A stretch of DNA of 62,008 bases, the filler included. It is 12 parts of 12 records of this genome, joined end to end, with 100 filler letters (N's around TTAATTAATTAA, not from the genome) between each part and the next. Parts side by side here need not be neighbours in the genome. Positions count along the whole stretch, not along the records: positions 1 to 7,063 come from SRR7504441_3573; positions 7,164 to 11,140 come from SRR7504441_3574; 10 more parts are not named here. The stretch is one strand, 5' to 3'. Made by a program: the position numbers and the translations under genes. Each line of letters opens with the position of its first letter. The stretch's first letter is position 1. This document shows, piece after piece, positions 1 to 11,240 of this stretch. Under the pieces are notes generated by a model. That model had not been told where the DNA came from and searched no databases. It saw nothing but the letters and a program-made list of their open reading frames with translations.

Positions 1-3000
1 CCAGAGATGGAGCCTTCCGCAGAGCCAGCAGCAGAGCCGGAGCCAGCAGCTGAGCCGGAGCCCGAGACGACGGAGGCGTCTGCCCCCAAGCCCAAGCCCC
101 CGGCGGAGGAGGCTGAAGAGCCTTACCAGGAGTATTTCGCATTAGACAATGAATCCATAAAGGCGATAGCAGCCAAGTGCGATGGCGTGACTGCGGCTCA
201 GCTGCTCGCCCTGAACAAGCCGCGGTATCGAGGACTCACCACGGTGGCGCGGCTGCAGGCCGGGACTTCGGTTCTACTGCCCCACGGTGCAATGCAGATG
301 CCAGAGGACCCGGGCGAGGACAGCGATGACAGTGACGCACCTCTCGGAGAACTGCATGGCGCCACGCCAGAAAAGCAACCGAAACCGGCTAAGCGCCCGC
401 CCACAGCCGCCAAGAGCGTGACGGCTGTTCCGGGTAAGGGCGCGCCTCGAGGCGGCAAGATGCCCGAGCGCGTGCTCGGTCCCGGGGCGCGGGTCCGAGT
501 GTATTGCTCGCTCGACCAGCCGGCGCCCAAGGAGTCTCCAGGGCTTTCCGCACTGACCAAGTGGCTAACCGAGCGCAAGAAGCGCCAGCGGAGGCGTTTC
601 AAACCGGATGAGTGGTGGGTGCGCCAGCTGGCAACTGCCGAGCGTGTATGGTAGGTTTTACGGCGTGGTGCTTGAGGCGAGTGACCAGGATAAGATATGC
701 GTTGAGTACCACAGGCCGCAGCTCGGCCGGCAGCCTCCGGTGCCTCACAGCGGGCGCTGTGCGCCTAGCTGGTCTGCAGGTGTGCTTGCGAGAGGTGACA
801 GTGCTGCTTGAGCAGTCTGTGCTCTGGGTCAAGACAAAGCCGCAGGACCCGATCTGGTGGCCGTCCTCGCTGTTGCTCAACGTCGGCCAGTGGACTGCTG
901 ACGACCAGGACCAGATTGTTGAGTACCTAGGCGAGCACCAGTGCAGCCACCGCGCGCCACACGTGACCGGCCGCTTTGGGCGCGGCTCAGATGTGTGCAG
1001 CCTGGAGACCTGATGGAGCCGTATGTGGAGGCGACTGCTGATCGGATCGACCAGCTGCGCCGGCATGCGGAGCTGGATGGGACTGGCAGTTGGGACTTTA
1101 GCAAGGCGAATGCTGCGATCGAGGTGCCACTTGACTGCTAGCCTGTGGCGAGCCCGATTGCAGGAGGCCGAGCAGCTGCAAGGCACGATCGACGAGCACG
1201 TTGCAGCCTACAACGCCAACCACGCGGGATTCGTTATCGGACAGAAGCAAAGCGCCGTAGCTGATGAGGAGTCGTCGTCGTCTGACGACGAGAAGGATCA
1301 ATGGGTACAATGCGATAAATGTGACAAATGGAGGCGGCTCGCCGGCTGGATCGCGCCGCTGGAGGGCGAGCAGTGGGTGTGCAGTGATAATCCTGACCCT
1401 CAGCGCAACTCGTGTGACATCCCACAAGAGGACACCGACGCTGACACGGAATCGGACCAGTCCGACAGTGACTCTGAGGAGGGTGCAGCAGCGGAGCAGG
1501 AGCAAGACCAGGACGGCGAGGACCACCAAGAGCCACGTAGCCGGCCGCCCAAGGCAAAAGTCGATAAGAACGCTTACCTCAAGGTGCAGCCCGCCCTGCA
1601 TAGTTCACTGAGCAATCTTCTAGTATGAGCTCTCTGAGGCGGACCAGAAAACTGTGGCGAATATTTGTGTGCGCCTAAAGAAGCTCGGGGACAAGAAGGG
1701 CGAGAATGGCTACAGCAGGGTGGAGTCGCAATGCAACGATTACGGGATCCAGATCGACGAAGACGACATGCACAGCACCGTGACCAAGCTGGTTCAATAC
1801 AAGCTGTGCCCGCCACATCCAGCTAGCAGTCCGATTGAGGTGGTCAGGTATCTTAAGGAACAGGGCGACGACGTAGACAAACGCCTGAGGCGAAAGAGAG
1901 AGCGAGAGGAGGCCAAGCGCGCCAAGGTGGCCGCATTAGCTTGTCGCGTCTGAGCGGGACTCCAGGAGGCCAACTCCGAGCAGGCAGCCGAGTCGAGGCC
2001 GCCAAAGAAGCCCAAAATCACATCGGCAGCCAACCTAACTCTCAAACCACGAAAGCCGGACGCCTCGCGGAAGCCTGGTAAACCGATGCATGGCATGAAG
2101 CACTCGGATCGGCCGCGGAAGAGCATGCCTAGTGAGCGCAAGGCCGACCCAGAGAGGCGACCGGGGGCACCGAGCTTCCTGGACAGCGGCGTTAACCATA
2201 TCTTGATCAGCTGGGCTCCGCCGGAGCAAGAGGCCGAGCTGGTGATCGGATACAAGATAGTGATGTGCAAGGCAGACGGGAACCGGGTGTTCACTCACAA
2301 AATGACAATACGAGGCAAGGTCCCGTCGGCCAAGGTCGACGAGCTTGAGCCAGGCACCTACTACTTCAAGGTCAGGCCTTGCTGCTCGAACAGCTGACTA
2401 GCGGTTGTTGCAGGTGTCGCCTCTTTTCAAAGGCAAGGACATGGATCGGCTTGGCATGGATCGGCTGGGCGCCATCCTGTCGGATAGCAGCAGGCCAATG
2501 CGGACTGAGGGCGCCCCGCCACTGCACAAGAGGCCCGAACAGCCTGCTGGCCCCGTGGGTGCTCAAGCTGCAAGCAACGGCGGCGTCAAGGTGACAGCGC
2601 CGCCGCATTGCTGGGGCGACGGTGGCCAGCAGGCTTCTGGTGTCAAGCGGCCCCTCGGAGACTCGGTTGATTCCAGGAAGCCGACTGCAACAGCTCCCGC
2701 GGCAAAGAAGCCCGCGGTTCAGAAGCCCATGGAAACAGCTCCAGCTGTCAAGGGCTCTGATGCAGCCGCGGTGGTGCATTGTGTCTCGTCTGATGACGAC
2801 TCAGATGACACACCCATCGCCAGCCTCTCTGTTAGGCGCGCTCAACTAGATCCAGTGAAGCCGCTTCAGCATTCGGAAGTCAAACCTGCGGCCGACGATC
2901 CTTCAACTCGGGTGAAACAGACGGCTCGCAAGAGCTGCGGAGGTAAGTTCCCAGAAAAGATTCTTGTCGCCGAGGGCATGTTGGCCGAACCCAAAGCGCA

Positions 3001-3094
3001 GCCGCCAGCCGAGGAGCCTAGTGATTCGGATGAAGATGTGCCGCTCTCATCCCTAAAGGCGGCCGCGCTGGCGGCCGCACCGGACTTGGACTAG
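1..3094 (+). CDS. Multi-exon chromatin-reader-like protein: LysM-like, Tudor-like, PWWP, CW zinc finger, FN3 and a C-terminal H3-tail-like peptide (5' end may be missing)
   Basis: The ORF pieces join through GT-AG introns at about 615-654, 740-779, 963-1000, 1124-1163, 1584-1623, 1927-1965 and 2371-2413. Motifs: LWVKTKPQDPIWWPS..VEYLGEH (PWWP), QWVQCDKCDKWRRL..WVCSDNPDPQRNSCDIPQE (CW), PGAP..ISWAPP..IGYKI..LEPGTYYFKV (FN3). Stop at 3092-3094. Confidence 0.8.
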
Positions 3095-3218
3095 GCAACT
3101 GGCAAAGTTCTAGCATAGTCATACATAGTTCTAGCAAAGTCCTATCGCGTTTATAATTATCATTCTTTCGATAATGAAAGAGTTTATGAAACTGAGATCA
3201 TGTTTTTATCGTGTGTTA

Positions 3219-5177
3219 TTATGTGTTATAAACTAAGCCATCGCAAAGGCACTCATCTTGTTGGAGCGAGCAACATTCGGATAAGTGGAACACTTGGGCA
3301 ATCTTGGCACTCACAAACAGCAGCATCGAGCCGTGCAAGAGCCAGAAAAGCGGCTTATACGCGTCACTGGGAGGCCGCGAGTGCAGCACTGCACCCAAGG
3401 AGAGCACACCGGCCATGACTATGATTCCGAACAAGGAGGTGGCAATCTCCTGATAGGAATGGAATCTCAGACACTCGAACGACAACTGCTCGTGGTCAGC
3501 ATGCATAGGCTGAGCCAGGCTTACCTCGATCACAGCCAGCGAGCAGCCGGTGCTGTACGCAAATATCGCCAGCACCATCAACCATGTGGTCTCGGGCTTT
3601 ATTAATGGACGCTTTCTCTCATTCTCAACCCTGCGACCAGCTCAACAATATAAAGGCGATGCCAGACCATTGCTTCTCCATCAGCTCGCGCATCCACCTA
3701 AGACAGCAATTAAGCTCCTAGGGTGGAAACAGCGGCGGCACCCGGCGCCGAACAGCTCGTGCTTCCACATGGCCACCTGAGACGACGCAACCCGTGACTA
3801 ATCGTAGAAGCCTGGGTGAAAATACCTGCAAACTGGCCGCAACAGCGAACATGAAGCTTCCTATCACATAGGGCCAGACAACAAGATTTGAGGTCTGGGT
3901 ATTGTTTAGATCAAAGTACCAAAGGCCGCACGTGGCAGCAAAGGTGAACAGGAGAGAGCCGACTGAATTCAACACACAAACCCACCAGACCAGCGTGCCG
4001 ACCCCCTGCCTCCACTCGAGTACCTTGTTGTGTGAGCATTCAATTGCCGACCCGACGCAAAAGAATATGCAGCCAATGAACGATGGCCCGTAATTGAGCA
4101 GTTCTTCGTCCTCTCGGTTAGCTGTAAACGTGAAGGGGCCTGAAATACAGCAATTGCATCAAGTGCACAAAATCAATTGCCTGAGAACACAGCAATCCCG
4201 AACACACTGGTGCCAATGAAAAAGCTGAGTGCACCCAGCGGCCCAGGCTTGAACGCAATCGACCGGTCGAAAGTAAACCAGATCTGCTGGTTGTCGGGAT
4301 TCTGGTCGTTTATGCATTCGTAATACGCTGCCGGCAAGGTCAGTACATCCCAGCAGGGGCCTGCCAACCGATATAAGACGAGAGAGAGAAGAGGGCCCCG
4401 CCCACAGCGAATGGATACGTTATCAACGCATCTGCGGCACCGGTCAGCGGAGCGCAGCATGGGGGGTGCACCTGAGGTCTCGGCGGTGTATGAGTCGTCA
4501 AATAGCCAATAGAACGATCCGATCGTGAAAAGAATCGAGCCCACAAGAGTCGTGATCGCCACCCAGTAGGTGAGTGTGTGCCTGAACTCCCACGCAGCCT
4601 CCTCCTGGTGCTTGCTCGCGATGAACCGGAGGAACCCGTCGAAGGTGATCCCGTGCTCGCACAGGAACTCCTGGCCTTCATTCTGCAGCAGCCAGTCCGA
4701 GGCTTCCGTTGACTCCTCGTCCAGCAGCTTCATCGCCGCCTCCAGCTCGCTCAGCGTGATCAACCCGTTGCTGCCCGCCAGCTCGGGCCAGTCCGACCGG
4801 TTGGCCGGCACTTGTTCCGGTCGAAGAGGTCGAACACCTGCCGTAGCTCCTGCTGGGTATATACCTTGGTCCCCAGACTAAAGATATACCTGCCGCCGGG
4901 ATCAGCCCCCGCAGCCCCTCCACACGCACCGCAGCTTGCTGCCCTGGTGCAGCCGCATTGCCGCCACCGCCGACTGCCGCTTCCGTTGCTCAGCCGCGGA
5001 CAGGGCCACCTTGCACCCCAGGCTGGCGGCAGGGTGCCCGGGGCGCACCTCGGTGCTCTGGCGGATCTGGTCGACCATCCCGTACAACTCGGTGCGGTCG
5101 GCGTCGCTCGAATCGAGCAGCGGGGTCCGGGCCCGTGAGCTCGGCGAGTCCAGCTTCTCCCGCACCCCCAGCTCCAT
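3219..5177 (-). CDS. Multi-pass membrane protein with N-terminal EF-hand and repeated YrhK-like transmembrane segments; multi-exon
   Basis: Spliced EF loop FDLFDRN-SNGLITLSEL. Repeated TM motifs GSILFTIGS, FFIGTSVFGIA, NSVGSLLFTFAA, YVIGSFMFAVAA. ATG at 5177; exon boundaries approximate. Confidence 0.6.
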
Positions 5178-5252
5178 CGCCGGCAAGTGATGCAACAGGG
5201 GCCTTGCCCGGGGCGGAACTGAAGTCTAACGGAATCCACGGCCGCGGCCGCG

Positions 5253-6709
5253 ATGAAAGGTAGCATGAAACGACCAGCAGTGGCGTCGCTCCTGCACACT
5301 CTCGGTGCGCCCGGCGTCCGGGCGCCCAAGCTGGTGTCGTGGGGGGTGGGCTCGTTCGGGGCTGTGGGCGATGGGAGCTACGTCACCCGTCCGACGCCGG
5401 TGCCGGTGGAGCTGCCGGGCCAGGTGGCTGCCGGTGGCGGCCCCCCGGCCAGCCTGGGCAGGTGAGCGGTGTGTGGGCCGGCTGGGGCGACTCGTACGCG
5501 CTGCTGGACGATGGGGAGCTTTGGAACTGGGGTCACCCGCTCGACTTCCAGTCGCTGCTCTTCACCAACACCATGCGCAGCCGGCTGCCCACTGCCACCA
5601 GCTGGCTCCAGAGCCTTCCGCTCGGCTGGGTATCTCTCAACACAGCCGAGCTCGAGCCGCGCCCGCTGCTCGGGACGGTGGACCAGCTATCCACGGGCGG
5701 GTGCTTCACGGCAGTTCTCACTGACAGCGGCCGGCTGCTCAGCTGGGGCATGAACAGGTGCGGCGGCCGGTCGGCGGGCTGCTCAGCGGCGGGGCAGGTG
5801 CGGCCAGTTGGGGCTCGGGCACAAGGACTTTGTGGACATCCCGACACCGGTGGAGGCGCCGCAGCTGGCCGCGCTCCGGTCGGTGGCATGTGGATTCCAG
5901 CACGCGGTGCGCCGGGCGATGGCAGAGTGCGAGCACGGGACAGGTTGCGCTGGACACGGACGGGCAGCTGTGGGCCTGGGGCAAGGGGCTGGTGCGCCCG
6001 GCGCCCGGGCAATGTGCCAGCCGGGGGCAGCGTGGGCAGCTGGGCGCGCGCCCTCCGGCTGATCAGGACGACGGCCGGCCCTTCCTGACTGCTCGCAAGG
6101 CGCAGCATGAGTGCTGAACGGTGTGAGCTGGCGCAGGTGGAGGGACTAGACCAGGAGCCAATCGGCCAGTTGGAATGCGGGTTCAACCATACGGTCTTAC
6201 TGGGCGAATGTGGCCGGGTCTGGTGCTGTGGCGCGGCGGGCCCTGCCGGGGTGGGCAAGCGAGACGTGCAGGCGAATGCCGATGCTAATCTCGAATGAGC
6301 GGGCCGGCAGGTACCGCGGGAGGTGAAAGGCCTCGAGCGGATAACGGAGATTGCAGCGGGGCAGAGCCACAGCCTGGCGATCAACGAGAGCGGGGAGGTG
6401 TTTGGATGGGGATCCAATAAGTTTGGCCAACTCGGAGCGGAGCAAGCCGAAATGGTTGCGCGGCCTGTCAGAATCGAGGCCAAAAGGCCAGTAGTCAAGG
6501 CTGTCGCGGGATGGCACCATACAATGCTCTTGACCGACGAGGGTGAGGTGGTTTGCTATGGTTCAGACCCCAGCACGAGTCAGTCTGACCCGAACCGGTT
6601 TGAAGCGACTGGGCACGAGGGAGCGGTTGAGCACCTGAATCAGGCGGGCTACGTGACCGACTTGGCGCTTGGTTGGAAGCACGGATTGGCCCTAATTATT
6701 GAAAAGTAG
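5253..6709 (+). CDS. RCC1-repeat beta-propeller protein; multi-exon
   Basis: Repeats LSWGMNRCGQLGLGH, VACGFQHAVALDTDGQLWAWG, IAAGQSHSLAINESGEVFGWGSNKFGQLG, AGWHHTMLLTDEGEV. Short introns, including a GC-AG intron at 6100-6136. Confidence 0.88.
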
Positions 6710-6767
6710 CACCCCCATAGATAGCTCATGGGATAGCCACTTTTATGAGCTCAGTACAGTAATACTA

Positions 6768-7063
6768 TTATACTCGCATACAATCAGAGCATTTTGGGCC
6801 GCTGCTGAAGGAGCCGCTGAGACCGACTGGGGGTACATGTACATCGTTGATGATGTCATTGCGTGCAACCACATGTATACTGCACACCTCCCTCGAAACC
6901 TACTCCTTGATCCTCGATATATATCTTCAAACTAATGATGTCATCATACGTGCAGTAACTCGTATACTGCACACCTCACTCCCAACAACATCCGGAGTGG
7001 CATGCCTGCACCACAGCCGCATCAGGTTGCTTGCTCGGGCAATGAGCACCTAGGCGATGTAGG
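6768..7063 (-). CDS. Probable 3' end of an unidentified multi-exon gene
   Basis: Removing three GT-AG introns (including 6932-6974 and 6827-6887) gives an open frame ..GMPLRMLLGVSLKIYIEDQGVGFEGVGLSGSFSSGPKCSDCMRV-stop. No homology recognised. Confidence 0.35.
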
Positions 7064-7163
7064 NNNNNNNNNNNNNNNNNNNNNNNNNNNNNNNNNNNNN
7101 NNNNNNNTTAATTAATTAANNNNNNNNNNNNNNNNNNNNNNNNNNNNNNNNNNNNNNNNNNNN
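7064..7163. other. Artificial contig-joining spacer
   Basis: N44-TTAATTAATTAA-N44 with stops in all six frames; identical at 11 sites. Confidence 0.98.
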
Positions 7164-10100
7164 GAGGGTACCGGCCACTCAAGCCAGGGCTGACCCGGCG
7201 ATAGGCGCGGCTGGCCCAGACCAAGGCGGAGGGCGCGAACGCTGCGCTAGACTCTGCAGCTGCGGCGGCTGCGGCCGGCCGTGCGGCGGATGGTGCTGCG
7301 ATGCAAGTGATGCAGGAGGAAGAATCAGGGCTGACGCCGGACGAGATCGACAACTACAACTACGGGCTCAAGCTGGCTGAGGCCGCGATGGAGCCAGACA
7401 AGACAAAGCAGCCGGACTCGGGGGTGAGTCTCGGCGAGGCCCAGGAGCCCACGGAGGCTGAAGATCCGATCGAGAAGGCCGAGGCTGAAGAGCAGGCCAA
7501 GAACGAGCTTGACCGCAAGAAAGTGGACGCTCAGATCGCCAAGGTGCCTGCCTGTTGCAACCCGTGCTGACGGGGCTTAGGACCAAGCGGCTGCTGCCAA
7601 GCAGAAGGCAGCCCGGCAGAAGAAGCAGGCGGCCATCGACAACAAGATGTCCAGACTGGAGGCGGCCGCTGCCAAGACCGATCGGGCCGCGCACACTGCG
7701 CTCTCCCGCCAGGCCGCAGTCATGCAGGGGCATGCAGAGCAGGCTGAGAGTGCCGTCGTGGGGAACGAGCCGGAGGCGCACGAGCAGCAGCTTGCGGGTC
7801 TGGGTGCGAGGCTGAGCGCTATGCGAGATGCGCTGCGCAAGACGGGTGATGCGACTGCACCGCTCCCGAATGTTCCCCAGGAGGCTGCTGGATCGAGTGA
7901 CTGGACTGTAAAGGAGCAAGCTTCAAATGAAGAGACCGAGCTGGCCAAGCGTGACGCCGAGAGTGCGGCGGCGGCGGCTGTCGCTAAGAGGGAGAAGCTT
8001 CGGGCTAAGTTGACTGGCGAGAAGGAGAGGCTGCGTGCAGAGGAGATGAAGTTGGCCCAGGATGCGGCCCAGAGCCAGCTGCAGCAGCAGATGGACTCTG
8101 AGGTGGCCCAGGAGAGGGCACAGATGCAGCTCCAAGCCAAGAAGGCCAGGCTGAGCAAGGCGACCGAGCGGCAGCTGGCAGACTTTGAGAGGGAGCAACT
8201 AGGCCAGGAGAGAGCTCTCAGGCAGGATGTTGACGCCAAGAAGAGCGAGCTGGCAGGCGTGCGGAGCCGGCTGGAAGCAGAGGAGCGGGAAGCGGCCCAG
8301 TCCAAGAACAAGAACAAGCTCAGGCTGGATGGCGTGCTCAAAGAGGCCAGGGCTCAGGCCAAGCTGCTGGCGGATCAAAATGAGGCCAGGAAGGCCAAGG
8401 TAGAGGCACTTGAGAAGCAAATTCAGAGCCAGGCCGCTATCAAGACACAGAAAGGGAAGAAGCTGGCGGCGATGAAGAACACGCTGAAAGATTTGGTGCA
8501 GAATGAGGCTGATGTCGGGGCGGAGTTGTCACAGAAGGGTAGCGAGACTGACTCGATTCTCAAGAGAAATTCGGACATGACCGAGCAGCTCCAGGCAACT
8601 ACTGCCAAGGTAGCGAAACTGCGGAACCAGATCGAGTCGCACCAATCTGCACTAGACAAACTCAAAGCCGACATCAAATTCAACACGGATGGTGGTGGTG
8701 AAAACATCAAGGCAGACACGGCAAATATTGCGCTCATTGAAAACCGACTTGCTGACGCCAATGCCAAGATTGCTGGAATGAAGCAGGAAGCCAAGTCGGC
8801 CCAGAAGGCTGCGGATTCCGAGATGGATCTTGCTAAGGATGATGTCAAGCACGCGCAGAGCAAGGCTGAGGTCCAGAAGAAGGCAGCTCTCGATTACGAC
8901 AAGGACATCACAAATCAAATCCAAGATGCTAAAAGCAAAGCCATAGCAGACACCAAGGCGGTAAAGGACAAAGAGGAGGTGGTGGAGAAGAAGGCCCGGG
9001 CGGAACTTGTGAAGGAGCGTCTGGCTGCCCGGACCGAAGAAAAGAAAAGAAAGCGACAAGAAAGGAAAAAGCTCGACCAGCTAGACGGAAAGTTTAAGCA
9101 GCAGGAGAGCCAGGCTGCTGGCCAGGAGGAGTTGCGGGCCCAGAAGGCAAAGAAGGAGGTGTCAGACTTTCAGCGGTCTGCTAGTCGCAAGGAGAGCAAG
9201 CTGCGTGGTGATCTGGAGGATGCGGAGCAGAGTTCACGCAAAGAGGAGCGGAAAGTGCAGCAAGAAGAGCGGCAGATGGAGGAGCAGCTGCGAGCCAAGA
9301 AGTCCGAGCTGGCAGCCGAGACGGAGGCGGAGGTAGCAAAGGTTCGATCGAAGCAGGCCCAGAAGGAGGCGGACCTCAAGGCCAAGTCGGACGCGGAGAC
9401 TTCAGATGCACAAGCCAAGGAGAGGAATGCTCAGGTGCGGCGGGGGGGTGCTGGGTGCTGACGCTGGGCTGTAGGACATGCTCCGCACCTTGAGAGCCAA
9501 GACTGAGAAGTCCCAGACCGACTTTGAGGCCAAACTGAACGCAGATGCAGCCAGTGGTGCCAGCTCGGTGCAACGGCAGCTCAAGCAGCAAGAGGATCAA
9601 GCGCTTGAAACCATCAATGTGAGTCCCAGATAGACACTCTATCTGACTGGCTGCTGGCTGCAGAAGAGCAAACGAAGGGAGCTTGAGAGTGCATTGCAGA
9701 GAAAGGAAGATGCCGAGAGGAAGCTCGCCTCTATGAAACTCAGTGCGGCAGCCGAGATGAAGAAGCTGAGGGAGTTCAAGATAACTGAGGAGAGCTCGAA
9801 CGGCAAGATCAAGGCCATGCTGGCAGTTGCGAGGTCCAAACTGGATCATGCAAACACTCAAATCCCAGCGCTCAAGTTTGAGCTAGAGCAACTGGTCCCA
9901 CGACTCGAGGCGATCACTCGGCAGACTGCCCAGGCACAGAACAGAGTGAAACAACTGCAGCAAGTCAATTCTGGGCTGAAGGGAAGAACTGCAAGAGCTG
10001 AGGCAGCCCAGCCACGCAGAGCTGCGTTGAGTGTGCCCTGTAGGGAAAACGCGATGTATTGAACAAGGAGCTGAAGGTGGCGCAGCAGAAGAGCGTGGTT

Positions 10101-10464
10101 GCGGTACGCATGCCCGGCCCTGCTTGCATGATTGTAGCTGCAGGCGGCGAAAGTGCACCAGATGTCAACGGACACAGCCAAATTCAATAAGCAGTCAAGG
10201 ATTCTCCTCAAGAAGATTGCGCTCCTGCAAAAGTCCCGTAGCAAGGTCGAGAGCGCAGCGGTAGCCGAAAGGCGGAAACGGGCGGCTCTAGAGAGGAAAA
10301 TGGGAGAAGCTCGGACCGCTCTCAGCCCTGAGCAACTTGAGGAGAAGCAGAAGCAGAAGGAGGAGGAGCTTGAAGGGCTGAAAAAAGCTGCCCAGGCGAA
10401 GAAAGCTGAAGCGGACAACGCGGAGGCAAAGCTCAATCCTGGCTGGTCTTTAGTGCACGTGTAA
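7164..10464 (+). CDS. Long A/E/K/Q-rich coiled-coil protein (5' partial, multi-exon)
   Basis: 604-aa core ORF 7647-9461 plus flanking exons joined by ~40-nt introns, including a GC-AG intron at 10003-10043. Charged heptad composition; stop at 10464. Confidence 0.75.
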
Positions 10465-10619
10465 ACTTGCCGTAAGACGTTCTTACCATTCATTGTTAGT
10501 ATGATTAGCAAAAGAAGCCAACGTCGATTAAAAGTCGATTGATCGGTTTACTCGTATACTTTATTGTAATGACGACTGTCTCGTGTTATCATGTCTATCT
10601 CATGATTTTCAATGTCTGA

Positions 10620-11140
10620 CTAATTGGCAGCGATCACAATCGCCGCGCTAATCGTCCCTAGTATCAGCACCGTTGCAGCTAACCACACCCATGGGGTCCA
10701 CCGCTGATGTAAACATCCGCCTTCCGGTGGCGACTCTGCGCTCGACCTGGGGCTGGGCTCGATGTCGATTGCACTTGGAGAAGCGAGGGGCGAGTGCTCA
10801 TCCAACGCCTCATCCAGATCAAGCTCCTTGTCGCCCATGGACGGCACACCGCTGTCGGCTATCTCTAGAGCTTGCTCCAACGGCAAGCCTCCGCAATCTA
10901 CTTTAGGCAGGCCTGTCGCGTCAATTCGCTTGGCGGCTGCAGGTGGAAGCTCTGCCATCTGGATACCCACCAAGCCAACGCTCCTTGACAGCGGGTTTCG
11001 GCTAACATCCAAGTCGCCTGCAGCTTTCGAAGCACGAGGCACTTCAATCAAGGAGTAGCGTCGTAAGAGCCTGCTTACGGTATAGCGCATTGACTCCTGG
11101 CGGGCTGGCTGAACCAACCATAAATAACAAACCTCGACTC
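10620..11140 (-). CDS. 3' part of a hypothetical protein with a C-terminal transmembrane anchor
   Basis: The ORF ends in WVWLAATVLILGTISAAIVIAAN-stop and runs toward the contig edge. Confidence 0.5.
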
Positions 11141-11240
11141 NNNNNNNNNNNNNNNNNNNNNNNNNNNNNNNNNNNNNNNNNNNNTTAATTAATTAANNNN
11201 NNNNNNNNNNNNNNNNNNNNNNNNNNNNNNNNNNNNNNNN
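11141..11240. other. Artificial contig-joining spacer
   Basis: N44-TTAATTAATTAA-N44. Confidence 0.98.

Noticed and set aside
2909-2959. A real histone H3 gene or pseudogene
   Set aside because: No histone-fold sequence follows in frame, and the peptide is embedded in the host exon.
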